A DNA stretch of 64,000 nt from NCBI GenBank assembly GCA_043739185.1, contig JAYUEN010000398.1, positions 27,280 to 91,279 on the forward strand. The letters run 5' to 3'. The notes beneath the pieces were generated by a model that searched no databases, had not been told where the DNA came from, and saw only the letters and a list, made by a program, of their open reading frames with translations. Each line of letters opens with the position of its first letter. Position 1 is the stretch's first letter. The stretch is from Bdellovibrionales bacterium (GTDB taxonomy: Bacteria; Bdellovibrionota; Bdellovibrionia; Bdellovibrionales; JAMPXM01). Both the position numbers and the translations under genes were made by a program. Positions 48,730 through 59,274 of the stretch are shown in pieces.

Positions 48730-48937
48730 TAATACGGGATGCTGTGATTCTGCAGGCGATGGCTCATTGTAAACAAATTCAGTAGATGTTGTTTATTATG
48801 ATCAAGTCTAAATATGAGTTTATGAATTCAACACTTTTTGATAACGAGCTCCTATTTAGTATTCGAGCTTTGGTCGATAATGAATAAAGAGAACTTTAAC
48901 GCTTAAACTTAGCTTGAGAAAAAAAATAGTGAAAGCA

Positions 48938-49597
48938 ATGCCGGTAAGACTTATTGTTCAAAGTTTTTTATTTTTATCATGGGCACTGATTTTTCAAAAT
49001 TGTAGCCCGGGCGAGACCTATACCGCGTCTAAATCGACCCTAACCCAAGGAGGAAGTCCCACTTCGCCAGCGGCGAATTCAAGTAACCCTGTGCCGCTCC
49101 CATCCCAAACGCCAACTCCAAGTCCTACGACGCCACCGTCTGCATCCGCACCGATTTCAGTCTGTCCCGGAAATGAATTGAGGTATTCTTTTAATCCTGC
49201 AGGCATTAACCAAGAAATTGCGACCACCAATCAAGTGGGAACGACTCCAGTTTTAATAATAATGGATGTTGGGGGACCAGGTATAGTAAGCACGGTCGGT
49301 AAGGCAAGAGTGCCATCAATTTGGTTTGTTGAAGTTTCAGGTGGTGCCATGTCGAGTAAAGAAGTTACGATTTCAAAGTCACCGTGTAACTTTTTAAATC
49401 CAGAGTTTGTCATCGCCTCGCCAAATGATTTTGCTTCGACAGGTAGGGTCAGCATTTATTTAAATGACCAGGGCCGTACGCCTTCTCGCCCCAATTTGAC
49501 TCAAGGACGATGGTATATAAATCTTCGAAATGTACCTGGCACATGTGGCGCCTCTATCTGCAATACTGACATTCAATACACGGACTATGTTCAGTAG
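48938..49597 (+). CDS. Lipoprotein with a Pro/Thr/Ser-rich linker
   Basis: FQNCS lipobox, PTPSPTTPP linker, Cys-containing beta domain. Confidence 0.75.
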   Translation: MPVRLIVQSFLFLSWALIFQNCSPGETYTASKSTLTQGGSPTSPAANSSNPVPLPSQTPTPSPTTPPSASAPISVCPGNELRYSFNPAGINQEIATTNQVGTTPVLIIMDVGGPGIVSTVGKARVPSIWFVEVSGGAMSSKEVTISKSPCNFLNPEFVIASPNDFASTGRVSIYLNDQGRTPSRPNLTQGRWYINLRNVPGTCGASICNTDIQYTDYVQ

Positions 49598-49603
49598 GCC
49601 CTA

Positions 49604-49631
49604 TGTGAAGCAGCGCCGCTGCTGCTTCACA
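49604..49631. terminator. Hairpin between convergent genes
   Basis: tgtgaagcagc-gccgct-gctgcttcaca, a perfect 11-bp stem. Confidence 0.65.
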
Positions 49632-49636
49632 GCTAT

Positions 49637-50791
49637 TTAATCTTGAGTTAGAAGATCTTTTATCTCGATCACTTCTGTGATGGATCGGCATAGCATTTGA
49701 AACTGTACGTTTGCAACTTCATTTGGGATCCAAATTTTTTCGCCGGCAATCGGAGAGGGATGATTTAAAACTCCAACGCCTTTTTCAAGGTCAATGCTGA
49801 ATTGATTTGAAGCCATCACATGATCAAAAAGATTAAATTCCTTTTGCCTCCAGCTGATTTGCTTATCGTCGGCCTTATACTCTGCTGTCTGAGCGCCAGA
49901 GTAAGAATTTTCAGCAAATGGATAAGCCAAAAAATACCTATCGCCCTCTTTTATTTTCCCGATGTTTTTCTCCATTTGGTCAAGTGTATCGACAAAGTAT
50001 TTCGGACTTGTATGAATGTCGGGCGGAGGAGCTAAGATTAAATTGTCATCTTTGTCTGCAGTATAAGAATCAGTCTGATAGCTATCAATGAGAAATGCGA
50101 CCTTTCCACTTGGTCGGTGAAGCATTAATCCAAACCAAAGTAAGCTTCCCTTTCGCATCGGAAAAATTTCCCATTGCCGAGAGTCGCAACGAACATATTC
50201 TAAATTTCGCGCTCGCAAAAATCGTTCAGCGAAGACATCGCCATTTGAGTCGTCTTTTCCGTCATTGCGAGTCCCTATTTTCAGTAAATGCGCCAGTTCA
50301 TGAAGCAGACGTTGACGAACATCTTTCTCCGTAAGTTTATAAATATTATCGTCAAATTTCTTTTCGGCAAGTTGCTTCATGGGAAGAGCCCGATAGGTAT
50401 CAAAAAAAGCTTGCTCGGCAATAATGGCACGCGCTGGCTTAACACAGCTATCTACTTCGCAGTAAGATGAACTGTAATCAAACATAAGGCCTTCTTCTTC
50501 GCCGTCAGCATTGGTACGTACTTTATTTTGGTCAGGGCGAGCTTTCACGTCTCGAATGATGCGAGCAATTTCTTCTCGCGAGAACTCAGGTGGAAGCTTA
50601 GAAAATACCTTTGAATCCGCTTGAAGAATCTCGGCAAATAGATCTGTGGTCACTTTTTTAAGTAGTGCGCGTGAGTTGGGATATTGAAATCCACCGCCAC
50701 CATTGCTCGGTCCTGCGGCCATACCCAAGGTCGGCAGCAGCGTCAAAAGCGTAGACATTAAGATGCGCTTAAAGTGAATTTGTGGGTTCAT
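49637..50791 (-). CDS. Secreted HExxH zincin-like protein
   Basis: Signal peptide, GPSNGGGG, LLHELAHLL; AGGAG RBS. Confidence 0.7.
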   Translation of the reverse strand: MNPQIHFKRILMSTLLTLLPTLGMAAGPSNGGGGFQYPNSRALLKKVTTDLFAEILQADSKVFSKLPPEFSREEIARIIRDVKARPDQNKVRTNADGEEEGLMFDYSSSYCEVDSCVKPARAIIAEQAFFDTYRALPMKQLAEKKFDDNIYKLTEKDVRQRLLHELAHLLKIGTRNDGKDDSNGDVFAERFLRARNLEYVRCDSRQWEIFPMRKGSLLWFGLMLHRPSGKVAFLIDSYQTDSYTADKDDNLILAPPPDIHTSPKYFVDTLDQMEKNIGKIKEGDRYFLAYPFAENSYSGAQTAEYKADDKQISWRQKEFNLFDHVMASNQFSIDLEKGVGVLNHPSPIAGEKIWIPNEVANVQFQMLCRSITEVIEIKDLLTQD

Positions 50792-50956
50792 ATATTCTCC
50801 TCAAATTTGTTAATTCAATTTTTGATCCAAAAGGTCTTTCGAAAACCAAGCTATACGCTCCGCATTATAATTTCTAGATGTTTATGGTTAAAGCTTCTTA
50901 TTAAATTTAACTATTTAGTTAAATATTACGATAATGTATTGAATATTGGAGTATTT

Positions 50957-51766
50957 ATGATTTTTCAGTTTATGGATTATCACAGCTATTTAAAGGGATA
51001 TTTGAGGCAACTACCTAAAGGAGGCTTTGGAGAGGCCACAAAGATCGCTCGTCACCTAGGAGTTAGTTCTACCTATGTCAGTCAGGTTTTGGGGGGTAGC
51101 AAAGAGCTGTCTCTAGAACAAGCCATTACTCTTAGTGCTTATTTGGGATTGAGTGAAATCGAATCCGACTATTTCTTTTATCTCGTTCATCATGAGCGCG
51201 CGGGCACGCAAGATCTCAAAAAATATTGTCGCAACAAACTTGAAAGCTTGAAAAAGAAATCCTTAAAACTTGTCAATCGAGTTGAGGCCAAACGAAGCTT
51301 GAGTGATCAAGAAAAGTCGGTATTTTATTCAAGTCCACTTTATTCAAGTATACATGTTTATTGTTCAACTCATAAGAAGGGTCGCACACTCGATGAAATT
51401 GCAAAGCGCTTTGAAATTACTAGAGCAAAATCTGCCGAAGTGATGCGGTTTTTAACTGAGTCAGGCCTTTGTATTGAAAGTGAAAATTATTTTCAAACAG
51501 GCACTCAAGGTACTCATCTTGAGTTCGGCTCTCCCCATCTTTTAAAACATCATACCAACTGGCGATTGAGGGCCATTCAAAGCGCAGAAAATCTCTCCGA
51601 AGATGAGCTTATGTATACGGTGACGGTAGGACTATCAGAAAAAGACTTTATTTATTTGCGAGAAGAAATGACGAGTTTTATCAAAAAGTTTTTAGACCGA
51701 ATTCATCCGTCTCCGTCAGAAGAAATAGCCTGCTTCAATATGGATTGGTTTCGAATTAGAAAATAG
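50957..51766 (+). CDS. TIGR02147/DUF4423-like HTH regulator
   Basis: IFQFMDYHSYL, XRE-like HTH, FYSS, HHTNWR and C-terminal FNMDWF. Confidence 0.85.
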   Translation: MIFQFMDYHSYLKGYLRQLPKGGFGEATKIARHLGVSSTYVSQVLGGSKELSLEQAITLSAYLGLSEIESDYFFYLVHHERAGTQDLKKYCRNKLESLKKKSLKLVNRVEAKRSLSDQEKSVFYSSPLYSSIHVYCSTHKKGRTLDEIAKRFEITRAKSAEVMRFLTESGLCIESENYFQTGTQGTHLEFGSPHLLKHHTNWRLRAIQSAENLSEDELMYTVTVGLSEKDFIYLREEMTSFIKKFLDRIHPSPSEEIACFNMDWFRIRK

Positions 51767-51792
51767 CAATTGAGACGACGGCCTTGCTTTGC

Positions 51793-52599
51793 TTAGTAAT
51801 CAAACCAGTCAATATTCAAACAGGAAACTTTCTCCGAAGCAGATGGCCCTGAAATTTTCATAACAGCTTGAATGAAATTAACGATCATATTTTTAATTTC
51901 TTCGCTGGCCGCAATAGATAGTGACATCGGAGAGGTAAAAAAAATGTCAGAATCATTTCTGCTTTCCATCTGGGAGATCGATTTGATTCTCCAATTTTGA
52001 TGGTGCTTATTTACAAACGGTGATTCGCGGTCAATATGTATAGCTGTTGTTCCGTTTGTGATCTTAGCGTTGAGCTCTTTGCACATTCCAATTTCAAATA
52101 GAAAGCGTAAAGCCTTTTGCACTGATCGCGCTTCAATCTTGAGATGATCTGCAATGGATTGAACATCGTTGAAAGAATCGAGGGCCGATAAATTTGTGAT
52201 TCCAGAGTAGAGCCAGCTTGAATAAAAAATTGCTTTTTGTTCATCCGTAAGTTCTCTGGTCCTAGGAACTCGTGTGCCAATTTTTTTGGACTGTTCTTGC
52301 ATGGATTTTATTTTTCGCAGCAGACTTTCTTTGTGACGGTGATTGCCTGATTTATCAAATTCAACTAGCAGATGAAAAAAGTCTGTTTCTAAATCGCTGA
52401 GTCCGATAAATTTTGCTAAATCAAAACTTTGCTCTGAGGTCAGAGATCTTTCACCTTTTTGCATTTGGCTCATCAAGCTTGAACTAATCCCCAATGCTTT
52501 GGCAATTTTGCCTTTTAGGCCGTAAGCGCCTTCACCATGGGACTCAATCCAGGCGCTTAAGTATTTGCGATAATTAGTGTATTCGAAAATTGAGAGCAT
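51793..52599 (-). CDS. TIGR02147/DUF4423-like HTH regulator
   Basis: SIFEYTNYRKYL, HTH, FYSSW, HHQNWR and LNIDWF; paralog of 50957-51766. Confidence 0.85.
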   Translation of the reverse strand: MLSIFEYTNYRKYLSAWIESHGEGAYGLKGKIAKALGISSSLMSQMQKGERSLTSEQSFDLAKFIGLSDLETDFFHLLVEFDKSGNHRHKESLLRKIKSMQEQSKKIGTRVPRTRELTDEQKAIFYSSWLYSGITNLSALDSFNDVQSIADHLKIEARSVQKALRFLFEIGMCKELNAKITNGTTAIHIDRESPFVNKHHQNWRIKSISQMESRNDSDIFFTSPMSLSIAASEEIKNMIVNFIQAVMKISGPSASEKVSCLNIDWFDY

Positions 52600-52733
52600 A
52601 TTATTATTTTACATAAAGTAAAAAATATTGCTAACAATTAACAAAATTAGCCTATGGTTCGCCGCAGCAATTTGGTAGATTGGGTTCAACAAACAAGCCG
52701 GCCCTTTGCGGGCCAATACAAAGGAGAATTGAA

Positions 52734-53162
52734 GTGAAACAGAAACTTTTTATGGTGGCGATGCTGATGCTGAGCTCTATTTCCCAGGCCAAAGTCATAT
52801 GCAATGTGGATTCGGGGGATCCCAAGCAAGATATGGTGTTCGATAAATTGTTGATTACAACTGAAGTATCTTCCCCAAAATACATTCTTATAAAGGCGGG
52901 AAATACTTCAGCCGTAGAAGTTCAGCTTGCACAGTTTGACAGTCTTGAAAAATGGCAATCAATTAATGGCGCAAGCCTCGTCTCGTTAGGCGAGCAACAA
53001 AACGGTGAATTCGGAATCACTGCAAGTACGATCGATATTTCAAAATCAAGTAATATACTTCCACTCGACGCCCTTGCCCTCGGACCTATAGTTGAGAAGC
53101 AATATTTGAATCTCATTCTTCCCAATAAAAATCTCTCGATAATCTGCTTTACGCAAAAATAA
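52734..53162 (+). CDS. Secreted hypothetical protein
   Basis: AGGAG plus GTG start; signal peptide ending SQA; terminal Cys pair. Confidence 0.7.
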   Translation: MKQKLFMVAMLMLSSISQAKVICNVDSGDPKQDMVFDKLLITTEVSSPKYILIKAGNTSAVEVQLAQFDSLEKWQSINGASLVSLGEQQNGEFGITASTIDISKSSNILPLDALALGPIVEKQYLNLILPNKNLSIICFTQK

Positions 53163-53248
53163 GAATGATTCCGCTATTCCTTTTTTAGTCAATAATAAGC
53201 GGCTAAATGAGGGGTGGCGGAATAAATGTTGCAACCAAAAGGACTGAT

Positions 53249-54652
53249 ATGAAAAACTTCGTTATAAGCCTTCTATTCGCAGCTCTCGCATTCACCGGCG
53301 TCAATCTATTGGTCGCATGTACCCAAAAAGGAGGCGGCGCCAATGAGCCCGCAAGCGGAACTCCAATGCCAAAATTAGAGTCTGGGGGAACCTCTACGAG
53401 TGGCGGTGGAACCGGAATAGACGGTAAGGTCTTTGAGTCCTATATCGTAAATCCGACCGAGCTTCCGGCCTATATCCAATATCTGAAGCCTCTGTTTGCA
53501 AATATCAAGGGCGAAAAAGCAGGCGAGGAGCCCCACTTCGATTTCTTTTTCAAAATGAAAACCTGGTATATCGCGCCGATTGAATTAGATAAAATAAGCA
53601 AAGATTTGTTAGGAGTTTCATTTATCAAATCAAATACTCAGCAAATTGCTCGTCAGACAATGAAAGAGGTATGGATTGATAAGCGAGTTTTTGACGGAAT
53701 GAGTTCTTACGACCAATCTGAGTTGCTGCTGCATGAGTTTGTGATGAATCTGTATCTTATAAAATTTATTAAAATGACTGACTTTTGCAAAATATCTTTG
53801 GCAATCGGAGACGGTAAAAATAGTGATAGCTGTATTCATCAGTCCGACTTATTAGAAAAAGCTCTGCCTTCTGAAGAAGCTCATCCCCTAGACGATCAAG
53901 ATAATGCCAATATTCGATTTGTAACCGGATGGCTGATGGAAAATGCCAAAAAACCAATTGTCGAAACGGATTTGGTTAGAGTCCTTTTCAACAAGGGTTT
54001 TGATAGGCGTTTTTTCAATCCAGTTGGTTACAGCGAACGAGAAAGACCCGTTGATTTGAAGACTTCAGGTAAAGAGCTTTATCGTGCGATTAAGGGTGCG
54101 AGTCTCACCGGCAAAATGCCAAGTCAATGTCTTGGATTAACAAGCGCGAAGTCAAAAAATTGCAAAGTCGAAATTGCAGAAAAATCAATAGATTTTAAAA
54201 ACTTTCAAGTTCCCGGTTATCAACTCAGCGTGAATATTGATGGCGAGGTTCCGGCAAATATATTCTTTTTTGTTGGTGACGAGGTGTCATTGAGTACTTC
54301 TGAAGACGGCGATGGCGGCTTTATTTACACTTTTATTTTAACCGATTATCGAGAAAAAATTCAAATTGGCGATCGACTCTATTCAGCGATCATCTTATTT
54401 AGAAAAGAAAGTCCGGGCTCTCAGTCAGGCTTAGTCATTGAGTCCATTATTCTCAAGCCAGGGATTGTCGTTTCGATTGATAAAAAGCGAGAGCCGATCT
54501 GCTTGGTAAGCACACCAAGAGTCATTAGTTTGATTGATGACGGAATATTAATCCAGCAAGAAAGTCAAAAATCCAGATTCAATGTTATTCAAGGGACATA
54601 TTCTGCAACTCCGCCAATCGCAGCTTGCAGTGCGGAGAATGTGGTTGAATGA
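53249..54652 (+). CDS. Lipoprotein with a GG-x4-GGG motif and degenerate HExxH
   Basis: Lipobox LVAC; GGTSTSGGG; QIARQT..EVWID; LLLHEFVM. Confidence 0.75.
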   Translation: MKNFVISLLFAALAFTGVNLLVACTQKGGGANEPASGTPMPKLESGGTSTSGGGTGIDGKVFESYIVNPTELPAYIQYLKPLFANIKGEKAGEEPHFDFFFKMKTWYIAPIELDKISKDLLGVSFIKSNTQQIARQTMKEVWIDKRVFDGMSSYDQSELLLHEFVMNLYLIKFIKMTDFCKISLAIGDGKNSDSCIHQSDLLEKALPSEEAHPLDDQDNANIRFVTGWLMENAKKPIVETDLVRVLFNKGFDRRFFNPVGYSERERPVDLKTSGKELYRAIKGASLTGKMPSQCLGLTSAKSKNCKVEIAEKSIDFKNFQVPGYQLSVNIDGEVPANIFFFVGDEVSLSTSEDGDGGFIYTFILTDYREKIQIGDRLYSAIILFRKESPGSQSGLVIESIILKPGIVVSIDKKREPICLVSTPRVISLIDDGILIQQESQKSRFNVIQGTYSATPPIAACSAENVVE

Positions 54653-54817
54653 ACCTCTAAAAATAAGTGACGGTGAACGTGATAACACAAGCGCCCCAAT
54701 GGGATGCAAAGGGCTCAGTATAGGTATCAGCAGTTGATTCCGCATCTATAGCCCAATTGACATTGCCATCAGTAACATTGGCCCTGGACGGGCCAGAGTA
54801 CCATTTATTGTTTTCAC

Positions 54818-55012
54818 ATGCTGTCCATAGAGGAACAAGGGCTCGTCAGGCATATGGAGGATTCGAAAGCCACTGGCCAGTTCAAAGAAATTCATTTTCG
54901 TAAGAGCGACTACTTCAAAGAAATAGCCATTTCGTATAATCAAATGCTTGCACATTTTCATAAAGTCGATTGCAATCCTATTTTGGTCTCACCTAATGCA
55001 ATTAAGGAATAA
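54818..55012 (+). pseudogene. Fragment resembling the C-terminus of a HAMP-like membrane protein
   Basis: LVRHME...IHFRKSDYFKEIAISYNQM, with no upstream TM region. Confidence 0.4.
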
Positions 55013-55014
55013 AA

Positions 55015-55605
55015 ATGAGAAGCATTCAGAAATTAATGGTGGCTTTCTGCTGTAGCTTCAGCATTGCTGCGTGGCCACAAACTATTGAAAACAAAAGAGA
55101 AGGGCAAATGAATTACAAAAAAGCACTAGTCGACTTTGATGCGTTTAAGAGACTTGTAGAAGAAGTCGAAAAACATCGGAGCGAGCGACTGCTTGGACTT
55201 GATGCCTTTTTAGAAATGAGTAAGCAAAAAAATGTAGTTATTCTAGATTCGCGATCGGACTTTCGTTTCAATCGAAAGCATTTAAAGGGAGCGATTCACT
55301 TAGATTTTACGGACTATACTCAAGAAAACCTGACGAAGCTCATCCCTGATCCGAATACCAAGATTTTAATTTACTGCAATAATAATTTTGATGGTGATCA
55401 AGTTGATTTTGCGACTAAAGTATTTATTCCAAAAAAAGATCCCGAGACGCAAATTCTATCCAACAGAAAACCAATTATGTTGGCTTTAAATATCCCAACC
55501 TATATCAACTTATATGGATACGGTTATCGAAATATCTATGAGCTAAACGAGTTGGTAAGAATTGATGATAAAAGAATTAGGTTTGAAGGAACTGTCGTAA
55601 AGTAA
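55015..55605 (+). CDS. Secreted rhodanese-like domain protein
   Basis: VILDSRS, HLKGAIHL and ILIYCNNN motifs. Confidence 0.85.
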   Translation: MRSIQKLMVAFCCSFSIAAWPQTIENKREGQMNYKKALVDFDAFKRLVEEVEKHRSERLLGLDAFLEMSKQKNVVILDSRSDFRFNRKHLKGAIHLDFTDYTQENLTKLIPDPNTKILIYCNNNFDGDQVDFATKVFIPKKDPETQILSNRKPIMLALNIPTYINLYGYGYRNIYELNELVRIDDKRIRFEGTVVK

Positions 55606-56171
55606 GTTTGTGAATGTAGTTATAGTTTTTTGGGATCGTGTTGTACAGGACGAGGACTGTTCAAACTCAAGTGCTTTGTATCTATTCGCAGTAACCAATC
55701 TTCATGCCTCAATCAAAAATAGTTCTTGCGCGGCGAGGCGGGTTCAAATAGCGGACCCTGAAGTTTTCAATATTTTTCCAACCAAATGAAGAAAGAACCC
55801 ACTTGCCTCTTAAGAATTTTAAACTAATTGGATCCAAAAAGTGTGAGGAGAAAAACTTTAATCACAAAAACTTCATTTATCAAATGGCCTCAAAATGAGA
55901 CACTTTTAAAGTGGTTTATTTCACCGTCAACTACGATTTGGTGAAGTTGGGTTCTCTGTTTGGATGGAGATTGGTCAAATGTTAGCCAATTAACTATTTA
56001 AGTACACATTTTCTAAACTCCAATGAGCTCTTAAAGAAGTCGACTTGAATCGCCATAAGTATTCGATTGTGTATACAGATTTTCAAATATTTAGGTTTGG
56101 CAATTAGCTCAAAATCAATTTGGTTCTAAATTTGAAATACCTAATTGTGTGATCTTAATAAAAGGGAAGGT

Positions 56172-56822
56172 ATGATTATGAATTGGAAGATTTTATTTAC
56201 AATATTTTTTGTTATTAGTTCTTGTTTAGTCGCCCACGCGGACGATGGTGGCGGTGACGGCGATGGTGGTGGCGACGGAAGTTCGGCATCTTCTAGTGAT
56301 AATGGAGACAATGCCGCGAGCGACTCGCCAACAGATGATGCCACCCAATCTGTAACAATAACAGGAACGATCCCATCAGATCCAAGTGATCCTTCGGGAG
56401 ATCAGACTTCATTTCAAGATACCCAAACAGTCACGATCATTGGTCATCTGAGCCATCCTGAACTTGAAGCCAACATCGAAGCGACTTCTAAGTTTGTTTT
56501 ACCTATTCTAGAAAGAATGTTAAATCATCAGGCTTCATTAAGTGAAGTTCTTGTTGCTACCTTGGCAATTCTTCAACTCGGCAAAATGGTGGCGGATCTT
56601 GGGCTTCAATCCCAAGTCTTGGCAACAATGCATGCGCAGCCGTCGTTGACCTCATTTTTCAATATCGTAGCTGATCCGGATCTGTCTTTTTCTGATGGCA
56701 ACCCCAACCACTACTATTTAGTAATCGACGCTCAGAACCATAACGTCATTTTAAAGCACAAATATGTTCGCGAGGTAACACGTAGGTATTGTGGGTGGAA
56801 ATACGAATGCGAAGAGCCTTAA
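56172..56822 (+). CDS. Secreted protein with an acidic Gly/Asp-rich N-terminus
   Basis: Signal peptide ending AHA; DDGGGDGDGGGD; repeated QSVTITG/QTVTIIG. Confidence 0.7.
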   Translation: MIMNWKILFTIFFVISSCLVAHADDGGGDGDGGGDGSSASSSDNGDNAASDSPTDDATQSVTITGTIPSDPSDPSGDQTSFQDTQTVTIIGHLSHPELEANIEATSKFVLPILERMLNHQASLSEVLVATLAILQLGKMVADLGLQSQVLATMHAQPSLTSFFNIVADPDLSFSDGNPNHYYLVIDAQNHNVILKHKYVREVTRRYCGWKYECEEP

Positions 56823-56839
56823 AAAAATATTAAGCGTAC

Positions 56840-56867
56840 GGGAATTGATTGATTCAATTCCCATTTT
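56840..56867 (+). terminator. Probable terminator hairpin
   Basis: gggaattga-ttgat-tcaattccc followed by atttt. Confidence 0.55.
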
Positions 56868-57411
56868 AAGTGACATTTAACTTGCAAACAAATTTGTACC
56901 GCTAAAACCCGACCTCAGCCTAACTTTAAACCTGGACCAAGTTCACAATCGGCCTTTGTCTTTTGCTATGTTTCTTATGATTTTAAGACAGGTTGTTTTT
57001 AAGTAGTTAAATTCTAAAAAATGAAAGTTGATCAGCAAATTGTTAATTTAAAAAAAGCCGGGAACCTCCGCCTACTGCATTGGTTACCAAGTGGCAGCAT
57101 AATTCTGTCGGGGCTTCTTGCATTGGCGGGTCTATTGAATGCCTATCCAGGGTTTTATATGCACGCGATTTTGAAATCTAATGCCTGCGATTGAGAGTTC
57201 TTGAAAGCTGTTTGAAACTAAGGGGTGCGCTTATTAAAAAAAGTCGTAACTCTACTTTGCACTCGACATTTCGAGATGTTTTGAGAGCAAAACTCTTATC
57301 GATTTCGCATTCCCATTTGAACAAGTAAAAAACCAAAACTCTGAAGCAGCGACTTTATTTTTACTCCAATTACAGCATTGACTATCGCGTGAGGGGTTCT
57401 ATAATTCAAAA

Positions 57412-57762
57412 ATGTTTCTTTTCAAATTTATCTTCTGGACTTTGACTGTCACAACTACATTTTTTTCAATTTTCTTTATTTTGCTTTGGCTTGGACTGCC
57501 TAGCTCACATGAGTTGTTCGGTTTGGCGAAAATTTGCGGCAAATTTGGTTTTTATCAATCTGTTCCGGCAGGCATTCTTTGTTTCGGTCTCTATTTTAAA
57601 AAATATGAAGCATTTGAGACTTTTGGAAATGGCGAGTTTGCTTCGGTCATCATCTGGATGCCACAAATGTTTTGGTTTAGCGTACTCGCTTCTGCAATTA
57701 TATGTTCTATTTACGGATTTTTATTACTTCGTAGTTATCCGTGGAGTTTAATCCTAATGTAG
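57412..57762 (+). CDS. Small membrane protein (about 3 TM)
   Basis: 116-aa hydrophobic ORF with ATG start. Confidence 0.5.
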   Translation: MFLFKFIFWTLTVTTTFFSIFFILLWLGLPSSHELFGLAKICGKFGFYQSVPAGILCFGLYFKKYEAFETFGNGEFASVIIWMPQMFWFSVLASAIICSIYGFLLLRSYPWSLILM

Positions 57763-57990
57763 ACTTTTCCTTTTGTTGGCTGTTCTTAAGCACATTCAGT
57801 AATGCCGACAATGGCAATCAAGGCTGGGATGCGGCAAACGCAAGATATAAGTTAAGTATGGAATTCCTGTGTCGGTGTTACTTGCATTTATTCCACTTTA
57901 TTATTTTGCGCTCAACTCAAACGTCATGTCTTTGTCAGGAATTGCAAGCGCAACGTGGGATGGGCCCGCAAATTAATATAATTAAAAAAA

Positions 57991-58899
57991 CTATTTCATT
58001 CCAAATTGGTGAACTTTTTCTTTTAACTCAGCTATAGGGTCTGAAGTCAATTTTCTCTTTGTTTCAACACTCAGTAGATTGAGTTGCTTTGCCCTAAAGA
58101 GTATTTCAAAACTTTCGCCACGAACTCGCCAAAAACCATGTTCTGCGAGCTTGGTAACCTCCGGAAAAACAGAAGATGCGTTATCTCCTAAGACCGCCGT
58201 TATCTGCATGGCCTCTAGCAAAACCACTACATCAGTTTTTAGTGACAGAATTTTCTTAAGTGCAACTTCTATGACGGCACTTTTTTCGATTAAAGAATCT
58301 CTGTCCAGTCGCGTGAAATCATAAACGGCATGTCCAAACAATGTGTCATCTTTAACATAGTCTTGCTTTTTTAAACCCATTTTCTCAAAAACTGTGAAGT
58401 CCTTAGGTTCATCACTCTTCAGTGAAAGTTGTTCTTGGTATTGTGCTTCAAATATCACTTCTTGAGAGTACGGCGCGGATTTGAGTTTCTTTAGCAGCTT
58501 AGCAATGGACTGCCTATCGGATGCTTCAGCGGCATGATTACTGACTGAACTAAGTGCAGAAACTTCGGCGACCTGTTCGCTCAAATTTTTTTCGCTTTCA
58601 ATTTGTTTAAGCAATGCGGTTACTTGTTCTTTTGAAACAGAATAGCTAATTCCAACATCGCGCTCACTCAATCTTCGTAAACGAACTGCCGCCAAACGAC
58701 GATCCTCTGGAGAGGAACTTGATAGTTTAGAAAATGCAGAATTGATTGCGGTATAGTGCTCGGTCCTTATTCTGTCCAATTCGTCAGGTGGTATTTGTTC
58801 GTGTTCGGCTTCGTCTTTTGACCCCATGGCAACCTCAGTTCTCAATGTAAAATTCAGAGAAAAAATGAACAGGCATACTATTTTGAAAAAAAACTTCAT
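57991..58899 (-). CDS. Secreted HEAT/ARM-like helical repeat protein
   Basis: Signal peptide; LSSSSPEDRRLAAVRL and FWRVRGESFEIL HEAT-like segments. Confidence 0.65.
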   Translation of the reverse strand: MKFFFKIVCLFIFSLNFTLRTEVAMGSKDEAEHEQIPPDELDRIRTEHYTAINSAFSKLSSSSPEDRRLAAVRLRRLSERDVGISYSVSKEQVTALLKQIESEKNLSEQVAEVSALSSVSNHAAEASDRQSIAKLLKKLKSAPYSQEVIFEAQYQEQLSLKSDEPKDFTVFEKMGLKKQDYVKDDTLFGHAVYDFTRLDRDSLIEKSAVIEVALKKILSLKTDVVVLLEAMQITAVLGDNASSVFPEVTKLAEHGFWRVRGESFEILFRAKQLNLLSVETKRKLTSDPIAELKEKVHQFGMK

Positions 58900-59028
58900 A
58901 AAATATCTTCGGCAAGAGTAAGGCCTTCGTCAAGAAATGGCAATTTCAACTGGCCGTGTAATAATTTGAAATTCAATTACCCCCACCCCCCAAAGCCAGA
59001 CATTAGTTGGACACATAAAACACAGGCA

Positions 59029-59181
59029 GATCAAGGCGAATCTCGAGTCATTCGGTTTGGGCTCGGGAATTTGTAAGCGACACAAAAGTGCAAAGTCGTT
59101 TTGAGGAGTATGTGCGGAAGTATGACGTGGTAAAATTTTACGATCTAATGATATCGCTCGCATTAGTCTTGGGAGCCAGCG
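59029..59181 (+). repeat. Diverged direct repeat of 63455-63607 (gene remnants)
   Basis: Ungapped alignment at constant offset 4426; exact blocks tcattcggtttgggctcgg and atgacgtggtaaaattttacg. Confidence 0.9.
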
Positions 59182-59252
59182 CGCTTACCAATTAATATCG
59201 TAGGCCAATGGTTTCAATAATGGTTGCAGCCTTGTTGGCCCCGAATAAGTGT

Positions 59253-59274
59253 TCGCCTCGCCTCGCCTCGCCTC
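59253..59274. repeat. (TCGCC)4 microsatellite
   Basis: tcgcctcgcctcgcctcgcctc. Confidence 0.8.
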
